From a virus (Duplodnaviria; Caudoviricetes), in IMG/VR virus record IMGVR_UViG_3300044670_001957, positions 1-26,426 of that record: a stretch of 26,426 nucleotides of DNA. One strand, given 5' to 3'. The notes under the pieces are model-generated. The model did no database searches. It was not told where the DNA came from and saw only the letters and a list, made by a program, of their open reading frames with translations. Both the position numbers and the translations under genes were made by a program. Positions 17,502 to 25,618 of this stretch are shown here, in pieces; the first letter of the stretch is position 1, and every line of letters starts with the position of its first letter.

Positions 17502-20500
17502 TTAGTTGTGGATAACTACGTTTCCATCATCTAGTATCTGTAAATAGTAGTTATTTCCTGCTTTGGTTGTGTCAAAGCCCTTGTAGTTAAGAGTATCTGA
17601 AGAGGTGTATAAGGTATTCCACTCAGAGCCTGAGTTCGCATCTGAATACGTCTGAATAAAGAGGTCGAAGTCTACTGTGGTGTCTCTGTCGAGTGTAATC
17701 CGATAAAGAGAACCAACTGTGAGCCGATAGCTGAACTGTGCATTATTGTCCGTGTTAAGAGTCGTGCTCTTATCTACAGTAGCAACTCCGCTCACGCTCG
17801 TAACTACATTAGCGTCATGTATTGTAGGACTTACTGTATTTCCAAAGCTGCTCGTTATGTGGACACTAGAATTAACCGTAGCCGATGCGCCGAGACCGAA
17901 ATCGTTGTTGGCGAAGAAGAAGAATACTCTGACAGACGAGCCTAGATTAAACGGAGCAGTCTTAGCGACTGTATCTTGAGTGAAGGACACATTTCCATAA
18001 CGATCAACTCTTAACAAGTGCTTATAATATCGGGCTGTGGAGTCTCCCTGTGGAAATAGTGAGCTGTAAGAAGGACTCGCGCCCATGACAGTTTGAGAGT
18101 TCGCACCAACAGCACTCGTCTCAAATGCCATTTCTACGTCTGCTTCCGTCTCTGCGTCGTCGGATCCCGTCCTCACAAAGACCTCATAGTCCGTGTCGGG
18201 AGCCCACTCCCCCGCAGTTATACTGTCGTTTTGCACTCTCCAACTTACGTTCGCGCTAGGGGGGGTCGTGTTGTCATACGCAGGAGTCTGTATCAGAGTC
18301 TTAATAAAGCCCCTTCTGTTAGATGCAGGGTCTAAACCTAAGGCTGAGTCCCCATCGCTATCTGCATAAAAAGTAGGCGTAGGCCATGAACTAAAGAGCG
18401 TATCCTCTCCATAACCCCCTGTCGCGAAATAGTCCCCCTTCGTATGTATAAAAATACGCTCAGAATCTGAAGTTGTGTACGCATTGTTTGTAATCGCAGC
18501 ATACAAGTCAAAACTGTCGAGCGCAAAATCAGCAGTAGATGCCTCTGTTATCGTAGGTACTGTGTCTGACTCTGACACCCCTGTGTAAGAATAACTCTCC
18601 GTAGTCCCTTCAGAGAGACTAGGTACTGTGTCTGAAATAGAAGCCGTGTTTGAAATAGATATAGAGACTGTCTCTGAAAGACTCGGAACTATGTCTGAGA
18701 CAGAAGAAGGTTCGATTGTAAGATCTTCTGTCGTAGCTTCTGTCAGAGAAGGCAAAGTGTCTGAAATAAGAAGCGTTGATGTGGTATTCACAGACTCCGT
18801 GATGGAAGGCACATTGTCTGTAGGCTCTGAACTTAAAAGAATACTTGAAGTAGTGTCATCTGAAATAGCAGGTACGTTGTCTGACTCAGAGACTGCGAGC
18901 AAGTTCAACTCCGTCTCTACAAGGTCTGAAATATCAGGGATGGTGTCTGACTCTGACACGCCCTCATTTGTATAAGAAGTAGTCAAGTCCTCTGTAAGTG
19001 CAGGGACACTCTCGCTCGCCAAGAGCGTAAGATTTGTCGAGACTAACTCTCCTAACGCAGGGATGCCCTCACTAATCTGAGCTGGAGAGAGAAGTAATGA
19101 AGTCGTCACACCTTCTGAAATAGAAAGCGTCTCCTCCGCAGATACGTTTTGTGTATATGAAGTAGCGTCTCCGATAGAGGGGATCGTGTCTGTTAAGCTG
19201 CTTGCGAACTCTACAAAGACTGTGTTCTCCTCAGAAATAACCGAAACCACATCGCTTACTGTGATGGGCGCTAAAGACAGACCCTCTGATGTACTCTCTT
19301 GAACAAGAGGTACGATGTCGCTAATGTTCACGAGTTGCCCTGAAATAACATCATCTGAAATAGCAGGCACACTCTCTGAAATGTCTGCTCCTTCTAAGAT
19401 TAGAGAAGTCGAGGTTGTCTCCGTGATGAAAGGGATGGTGTCACCCATCCCAACGGAAAACTCTATGAGCAGATCAGATTCTTCACCTAATGCAGGAACT
19501 ACCTCTGCGATGTCAGCAGTCTGCACAATCGAGAATAAGTCAGAAGCTAGAGGAACTGTGTCGGACACCTGCACAGGTATCAAAGACAAGCTCGTAGTTA
19601 AATCCTCTGAAATAAGGGGGATCGACTCCTCTGTTGTAGAAGGGACGAGAAGGAGACTTGTCGCGATTTGCTCTGCGACTAAAGGCACTATATCCGTCTG
19701 AGAAGAAGAGAGCATTGTGTAAGCTGTCTCTACCACCTCAGATATGGCAGGGACGGAATCAGCACTATCCGACTCGATTAAGACAGAAGTCGTGACCTCT
19801 TCTTGGATCTGAGGGACAATATCTTCTTGAGAGCGTAGCGAAAATAAGTCAAACCGAAATGGAGATCCCAAGCTCAAAGCGAGAACAGAACCTCTCCCCA
19901 AGAGCGAGGTGCTCGAATTAAGAACTAATCCCCCCCCTAGCCTGCTAGGCTCTGCTGTTGAAATGGGAATGTATTGAGTATATGAGGTTCCCGATATTTC
20001 ATAAGAGAGAGGGTTGTCCTCATAGAACACCTCTTCTCCCGAAGTCCCAAAAGAATCTCTAGTCGAAGAAGTGATCTTAGTTCTAAGTTGGTCGTCTCCG
20101 CTAATCTTCAGACCGAAAGGGTTTGACATGATGTCGTTTGGGGTCTCTTCTGCCCTTAAAGGGTCGTTATCTCTCTCATTGACGAAAGAGACTTGACCCT
20201 CGCTTAATACCTCCGAACTCTTAACCCATTCTTGCTCTGCGTTGAGAGGGATTGCTGAAATAGCGGTGACGGTTGCTAAGGTATCATCGGGGACATCGAC
20301 AAGAACCACGTTGTTTGAATAGGAGTAGCCTACCTCTACCCCATCAACGACAACTGAAATGATGTCTTGGGCAATAAAGCCCAAATGAGCACTCGAAATT
20401 CTGCCGTTATAAACCTTCGCTGATGCAGTAGCGAAGTCTATCACTCGGTCCTTCGTGGAAGGCAATGGCTTGGTGAAAGAATTTAAGACGAACCCTCTAC

Positions 20501-22310
20501 CTAGTACATGATTCACATTGTTTAAGGTGTTCTCCCCCTTAGACAATACCTTTACAGAGCGTGTCTCTATCGTCTTGGGCGTGACGCTCTTAGAAGAATA
20601 AAGATGCGCGACAGGGTTGTCTCCGTATCTCTCTCCCCCCTGTGAAATAAATAAAGAGCTCCTATTTCGACCCGATAAGTTCTCTGCTTGCCCACGAACC
20701 CTATACGCATTAAGAGTGAAGCTAGGGTTGTTCAGAGAGAGGAAATTAAACTTATCCCCCTCTCCATATGGGACTCTAAAAGAGATCGTGTCTCCTCGGT
20801 TAATCACAGCATCTAAAACCACCTCATTGGTCAGCGCACGATACTCTAGTATCGTATGCCCCTCTAATGAAATGAGGTCTTGGCTTGTGACAGGTAATCC
20901 TTTGTATGTCTTACGGACAGGGAATCTTAAAACCTGCGTGTCTGAAGTTGTAGGAGCGATCATTTCAATCGTCCTATAGCTCCAAATACGAGATGTCCAT
21001 TGATAGTCTAAGAGGGAAACCTCGTACAAATCAGCGGGTAGGTCTGTTGTGTTATTCAGCAAGACCTTTGTCGCTCTAGGGAAAATAATTTCAGGCGCTC
21101 TTCTCTCTACGAAAAAAGCGGATTCTCCTATGAGAATCAGCTCCCCCTCCCCTAAGTATTGTAGGGTGCTGTTCCCTGCGTCAGCGGTGAAGTACCCGTT
21201 TGAAATAACCCCCGTACCCGAAACACTAAATCTTGGTGCTGACCAAGACACCGCGCCTGAAATGCTCTTGGCATCTATTTCCTCTACGCTAAGGATCGTC
21301 CTCTGCAACCCCCCTATAGCGATTTTATCCGAGACAGATATTCTCGCATCTGAGAGTCTTATCTCAGCGCCCTGTATGTATCCGTAAACCAAGCTCTCAA
21401 AAGTACCGACTCGCGCTTTCCTCATGTTCTCTTGGTATGCGCTACCTAAAGAAAAGATAAGAGTGTCGCTGTCTAAAACCACGCTAGGGTTGTCTACGTC
21501 AACTACACTTGATTCTGAGGGAGCTGAAATGCTCTCCCCCAAAACAGATGAAATGTTATCTGCCAAGACGTGAGCGGGCTTCGTAGTCTCAAAGACCTTA
21601 CTCAAGTTCTCCTGTAGCTTAAAAAGCTCTGTAGGAACCCCAAAGTCCATTTCATGGGTGTGGGAGACACCATTAGAATCTGTGTATTCTTGTACTACTC
21701 CGTCTATGATGTCGTGTTGGTGGAGATCATCTCCCCAAACATAGCTTAAAGGAGCTTTGGTTGACGTGAGCCCCTTGCCGTCATTTAAGACAAAGTGCCT
21801 ATGTCCCTCTGAAACAGAGGTGATTGAATACACAGCAGATAAAATAGAAACGCTGTGTTCCCCTGTCTGTAATATCTCTATTTCACCCGCTTGGTTCAGG
21901 CTCGCCAAGACTTGTTGTATAGAGAGCTCTGTAGAGCCAGACAAGAGCGCGTCTAAGGTGTTCAGAAGGATCTCTAAAAGCTCTCTGTCTGAGCTCGCGT
22001 TCGGGATAAGGTCTTGGTCATAAAGTAGTGAGGTCAGACGAGTTAAAACGAACTCTGTTCTTAAATCTAAGTAGGAAGAATCATCTCCTAGCTCTACGGC
22101 CTCTAATATGATCTGAGAAATGATCTTAGCGACACCCTCGTAAATGACACGGTGGTTTGAGCCATATTTCTCTGTGAAATAGTTAGAAGCGGTGCTCGCG
22201 GAAAGCACCGAGGAGACGCTCTGAGTGAGGGCTTCTAAAAGCCTCCTCTTTCTAAGAGGGTTTGATCCTAAAGGCTCTCTTGTAGTCCTCTCATCAAAGC
22301 TGAAAGACAT
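17502..22310 (-). CDS. Baseplate wedge protein (P2 gpI / T4 gp7-like N-terminus) fused to an acidic repeat region and a C-terminal domain
   Basis: 1602 aa directly after the baseplate-J gene, with RBS GAGGAGG. A helical N-terminus with L.GST..SI...L and the hallmark KPAH motif (ETTKPAHV) of gpI-like proteins is followed by beta-rich domains and 21 repeats. Confidence 0.7.
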   Translation of the reverse strand: MSFSFDERTTREPLGSNPLRKRRLLEALTQSVSSVLSASTASNYFTEKYGSNHRVIYEGVAKIISQIILEAVELGDDSSYLDLRTEFVLTRLTSLLYDQDLIPNASSDRELLEILLNTLDALLSGSTELSIQQVLASLNQAGEIEILQTGEHSVSILSAVYSITSVSEGHRHFVLNDGKGLTSTKAPLSYVWGDDLHQHDIIDGVVQEYTDSNGVSHTHEMDFGVPTELFKLQENLSKVFETTKPAHVLADNISSVLGESISAPSESSVVDVDNPSVVLDSDTLIFSLGSAYQENMRKARVGTFESLVYGYIQGAEIRLSDARISVSDKIAIGGLQRTILSVEEIDAKSISGAVSWSAPRFSVSGTGVISNGYFTADAGNSTLQYLGEGELILIGESAFFVERRAPEIIFPRATKVLLNNTTDLPADLYEVSLLDYQWTSRIWSYRTIEMIAPTTSDTQVLRFPVRKTYKGLPVTSQDLISLEGHTILEYRALTNEVVLDAVINRGDTISFRVPYGEGDKFNFLSLNNPSFTLNAYRVRGQAENLSGRNRSSLFISQGGERYGDNPVAHLYSSKSVTPKTIETRSVKVLSKGENTLNNVNHVLGRGFVLNSFTKPLPSTKDRVIDFATASAKVYNGRISSAHLGFIAQDIISVVVDGVEVGYSYSNNVVLVDVPDDTLATVTAISAIPLNAEQEWVKSSEVLSEGQVSFVNERDNDPLRAEETPNDIMSNPFGLKISGDDQLRTKITSSTRDSFGTSGEEVFYEDNPLSYEISGTSYTQYIPISTAEPSRLGGGLVLNSSTSLLGRGSVLALSLGSPFRFDLFSLRSQEDIVPQIQEEVTTSVLIESDSADSVPAISEVVETAYTMLSSSQTDIVPLVAEQIATSLLLVPSTTEESIPLISEDLTTSLSLIPVQVSDTVPLASDLFSIVQTADIAEVVPALGEESDLLIEFSVGMGDTIPFITETTSTSLILEGADISESVPAISDDVISGQLVNISDIVPLVQESTSEGLSLAPITVSDVVSVISEENTVFVEFASSLTDTIPSIGDATSYTQNVSAEETLSISEGVTTSLLLSPAQISEGIPALGELVSTNLTLLASESVPALTEDLTTSYTNEGVSESDTIPDISDLVETELNLLAVSESDNVPAISDDTTSSILLSSEPTDNVPSITESVNTTSTLLISDTLPSLTEATTEDLTIEPSSVSDIVPSLSETVSISISNTASISDTVPSLSEGTTESYSYTGVSESDTVPTITEASTADFALDSFDLYAAITNNAYTTSDSERIFIHTKGDYFATGGYGEDTLFSSWPTPTFYADSDGDSALGLDPASNRRGFIKTLIQTPAYDNTTPPSANVSWRVQNDSITAGEWAPDTDYEVFVRTGSDDAETEADVEMAFETSAVGANSQTVMGASPSYSSLFPQGDSTARYYKHLLRVDRYGNVSFTQDTVAKTAPFNLGSSVRVFFFFANNDFGLGASATVNSSVHITSSFGNTVSPTIHDANVVTSVSGVATVDKSTTLNTDNNAQFSYRLTVGSLYRITLDRDTTVDFDLFIQTYSDANSGSEWNTLYTSSDTLNYKGFDTTKAGNNYYLQILDDGNVVIHN
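18513..19832 (-). repeat. Coding tandem repeat, 21 degenerate units of 19-22 aa (consensus S-D/E-x-V/I-P-x-I/L-S/T-E/D)
   Basis: Examples: SADSVPAISEVV, ISESVPAISDDV, ESDTIPDISDLV, ESDNVPAISDDT, ISDTVPSLSEGT, ESDTVPTITEAS. The stretch is 440 aa with no K, R or H. Confidence 0.9.
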
Positions 22311-22312
22311 TC

Positions 22313-25300
22313 TTAGGCCTCCTCAAATGTAAACGTAATATCCCCCACCTCAAAGTAAGAGAAATTATTAAGCACCGCTTCTGAAATGACCTCTACTCGG
22401 TCTGCGACTTCATAACTCACTTCTACCCTATACTCAGAAGGATCGTCTCCTATCGCGAGTCCCAATAGCAACTTACTGTCTCCATCTGAAATAGAAGCAG
22501 AGCCACTCTCCCCTAAGATGCTCGCTGAATCTACGACCCAAGAAGCACTCGACTCCCTCTGACTTGCGTCTAAGAGGGTAAGCAACCGCTCATCTCCCGT
22601 AGTCTCATTGATCAAATAAACACGCGCTCTCTCACCACCCCCACTCACGGGAGTGCTCAAAAGTCTTGAGGAGATAGCCCACACATAAGCCAACCCATTA
22701 GAAAGAGAAGCTACCTGCTCATAACCCCCTGCCCCAATTAAGACTTCTTCTCTAAGCACTTGAGAACCCCCCATGAAGCTCATCCTCGTTAAAGGAAGTC
22801 TTACATGGCTCACCCCTTCCGTATTATTAATCTCTTTGATTATTTCAGAAGGTCTGATCTCTCCCCCTATCGCAGAGTTCAAGATAAAAGAAGATAGGTT
22901 GTATTGTAAGAGCGCGTTGACATCTACAGAAGAATAACCTCGCTCAAGCAAGACCGTTGCTTGAATACTGAGAGGTAAACCCCTCGTCTCTTTTACAAGA
23001 ACATCTGCGGTGATGTTCTTGTTCGCATCTATTTCACGTTGCGCGTTCGCCACGACAAGGTTCGTCTCATAAGTGACTGTGATATTCTCCAAGTACCTAT
23101 ATGAAATAAGAACTACAGAGCCGTCTCTTATCGCACTTCCCTCTGTCCTCTTGATTGAAATAAGACCCTGCTCGTCATCTAGGATGATGTAGTCGGGGTT
23201 CGAGCCGTCATACGGACTGATATATGTCGTAGCTTTGTCATAACTCGTCACAATTAAGGAAAGAGGGTCTATCCCAATCTTCCCTAATCTCTCCTCATAA
23301 AAACCCACTATCGTATGCGCTTCTTCTGACACCTCCAAAATCGTATATCCATCGGGATTGTCTAGCGTTATTGAGGTCTTGTCTAAAGAAGAACCCCCCT
23401 CTAGGAAAGGGTCTGCATTGTTCTTAAATGTGTAGTCTAGCTCCGTCACCCCATCTTCTCTTGTCGCTGAAATGACATTTCTCACGGGCTGTCTCGAAAA
23501 GACGACTTCTTGAGAGCTCGGTGATCTCCAATCCCCTAGCAAAACGTCCGTCAAATTATAAGAGGGTTGCGCTAGAGAACTGTCTAAAACAATCGTCCTG
23601 TAGTCCTCAACAACATAACCCGTAAGATCAAAGAATACGCCCCCTTGAGATGTGTTCCTAAGCCCAAATCTAGTTGAAATAAACTCTCGATCTATCATCT
23701 CTGAAATAGGAGTCTCGACTGTCGCAGAAACCGACCGAAAACGATAAGAACCTGTCAGACCCACAGGGATAAATCTTGACCCGAAATTAGACTGAAATGA
23801 GGGCGCAAATACATCAGAGACACTCGTAAGACTCTCCCCCTTAACCCAAACGTCTACTTTGCCCCCAAGACCCCCGTCTCGTTTCATATATCTCTCTCCT
23901 GCCCCAACCACGAAAGAAGCTGACACCCCCGCTAAGCCTCTGCTAAGCCTCTCATAGCCCGCCTTTGTCCCCACGTCTAATGCGCTCAACACCCCCAAAG
24001 CCCTCGTAGCCAACTCTAAATTTGTCTCCGTATCTTGACCACCAAATGTCGGTGAAGGGTTCGTCACAAGCAGCCCTAAAGGAGCGCCTGAGTTAATCTT
24101 ACCTGTAGTTAAGTTCCCCGCACTCCCCAAATTCAGACTCGAAATAGGAAGCGTGATCGAGTACCTCTTCGTCACAGGGTTATAATAACGACTCGCCTCA
24201 TCTAAGAGTATTGTCGCTCCCTGCGTCGTTATGAAACTCTGCCCCGAACCTGTCACCGTTGTCCCTCTTGGAACAGTTAAAGTGAATGTCGGGGGCGTTG
24301 TCGTGTAAAAAGAAACCTCACCTACCGCACTTGTCCCCCTCTTTCTCGTGACCCCATAATTAGACGCTAACTTCTCAAAAGCCCCGTCTATTAAATCCTG
24401 CACGTCTAGGTTCGATTGCAGAAATAACGCTGACTTCAGCGCGGTCTTGTAAGAGGAGTTCTCTACTGCGAGAGAAGAACCCGTGTTCTGAGGGTCATCT
24501 ATCTGTAAAAGCCCCGTAAAACTCGATGATCTATAAGCGAAATCTAATAAAAACCTAGATCGCTCCATCTCTGAAACAAAAGGGTCGATCACGACATCTC
24601 GTATCACAGAACCCACCTGAACAGAGACATCAGGTTGCGCTAAGAATATTGACGACACCATGTCTCTAGTTAACTGCTCCCTAGAAACATTCGGGATTGA
24701 GGTGTTGCTCGGCGTTACAGGAATCGGTGTCCCCGCTACCTCTGCCGAATACCTCGACTCTACCTCCACCCCGTCCACCAATTTCACAGCAGTCACCACA
24801 TAATAGACAGAGGCGCTCACAGGTAAAGAAGAAATCCTACCGATTAAGTTCGTCCGTGGACTAAATGAAATATTTGCATTTCGGTTGTGAAGGAAACTCA
24901 CCTCTGACACTAAATCCACAGAAGAAACAAGTGTCGTTATCCTCAGTCTGCTCGCACCCTCAGGTACAAAAACAGACTTTAATTCATGCTCCTCTAGCTC
25001 CTCTACAAGACCCTCTTTCTGCACCACATTGAAATCAAGAAATAATCTTGATGCCTCTTGCGCTGAAATGTCCCGACTAAACGTCTCGATTGCGCTAATG
25101 TTCTCTCTCCGAGAACCATACCCCTGTGGGTCTATCGGGTCGAAATTAATCTTAGCGTAACCGTCTAAGCCACCTCCCGACACATTTGAGGCGTATATGT
25201 TGTAATAAAGAACCTCTGAGTCAACGTGCGGGAAAAACAACTCTATCGCATTCGTCTTGCGCTCTACCCTCAAACCCGTAGGGGGGTCTAATAAGTTCGT

Positions 25301-25618
25301 AACCTCTGCGGTTAAGACTACGTTGACTGACCCAAACGGAGAACCCTCAGATACTTGGTCTGCCCTGATCTGAAAAGTATTCACCCCCGAAATGAGATCG
25401 ACCCCACTCTCATAGTTTTCGGGGTGAGGGAAAACAAAATCCCCTGAACCCCCTAAATAAACGTCCCCCGACCCCGATGTGTATGTAGAGCCATCATACT
25501 CTACTGAAATAGAAGTAGCCCCCACCGCATAACCCCTAATTCTAACCTCAGAAATAGCGGTGGTGTAAGTGGCTTGCCCTCTCGCCCTCGAACCGCTCGG
25601 TGTGATGATCTCTATCAT
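22313..25618 (-). CDS. Baseplate J-like (T4 gp6-like) wedge protein with N-terminal Ig/FN3-like extension
   Basis: GSVIRDVVIDP, LASNYGVTRK.GT.A.GEV.FY, VP.GTTV, GSAGNL..G.I, VTNPSPTFGGQDTETN.EL..RA, GGKVDVWV and a C-terminal IGGEIRPSEIIKEINNTEGVSHV are classic Baseplate_J elements. The first ~300 aa look Ig/FN3-like (LDPPTGL, YYNIYAS, YYVVTAV...VESRYSAEV). ATGA overlap with the upstream gene and RBS GGAGA. Confidence 0.88.
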   Translation of the reverse strand: MIEIITPSGSRARGQATYTTAISEVRIRGYAVGATSISVEYDGSTYTSGSGDVYLGGSGDFVFPHPENYESGVDLISGVNTFQIRADQVSEGSPFGSVNVVLTAEVTNLLDPPTGLRVERKTNAIELFFPHVDSEVLYYNIYASNVSGGGLDGYAKINFDPIDPQGYGSRRENISAIETFSRDISAQEASRLFLDFNVVQKEGLVEELEEHELKSVFVPEGASRLRITTLVSSVDLVSEVSFLHNRNANISFSPRTNLIGRISSLPVSASVYYVVTAVKLVDGVEVESRYSAEVAGTPIPVTPSNTSIPNVSREQLTRDMVSSIFLAQPDVSVQVGSVIRDVVIDPFVSEMERSRFLLDFAYRSSSFTGLLQIDDPQNTGSSLAVENSSYKTALKSALFLQSNLDVQDLIDGAFEKLASNYGVTRKRGTSAVGEVSFYTTTPPTFTLTVPRGTTVTGSGQSFITTQGATILLDEASRYYNPVTKRYSITLPISSLNLGSAGNLTTGKINSGAPLGLLVTNPSPTFGGQDTETNLELATRALGVLSALDVGTKAGYERLSRGLAGVSASFVVGAGERYMKRDGGLGGKVDVWVKGESLTSVSDVFAPSFQSNFGSRFIPVGLTGSYRFRSVSATVETPISEMIDREFISTRFGLRNTSQGGVFFDLTGYVVEDYRTIVLDSSLAQPSYNLTDVLLGDWRSPSSQEVVFSRQPVRNVISATREDGVTELDYTFKNNADPFLEGGSSLDKTSITLDNPDGYTILEVSEEAHTIVGFYEERLGKIGIDPLSLIVTSYDKATTYISPYDGSNPDYIILDDEQGLISIKRTEGSAIRDGSVVLISYRYLENITVTYETNLVVANAQREIDANKNITADVLVKETRGLPLSIQATVLLERGYSSVDVNALLQYNLSSFILNSAIGGEIRPSEIIKEINNTEGVSHVRLPLTRMSFMGGSQVLREEVLIGAGGYEQVASLSNGLAYVWAISSRLLSTPVSGGGERARVYLINETTGDERLLTLLDASQRESSASWVVDSASILGESGSASISDGDSKLLLGLAIGDDPSEYRVEVSYEVADRVEVISEAVLNNFSYFEVGDITFTFEEA

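Noticed and set aside
18513-19832. Repeat region as a CRISPR array or DNA-level minisatellite
   Set aside because: Repeats are conserved at protein level only and in frame, with no identical direct repeats separated by spacers.
13035-19937. C7-C8 homopolymer runs as phase-variation tracts
   Set aside because: They are short, in frame, and explained by frequent GGG Gly codons in Gly-Gly pairs. No frameshifted genes were seen.
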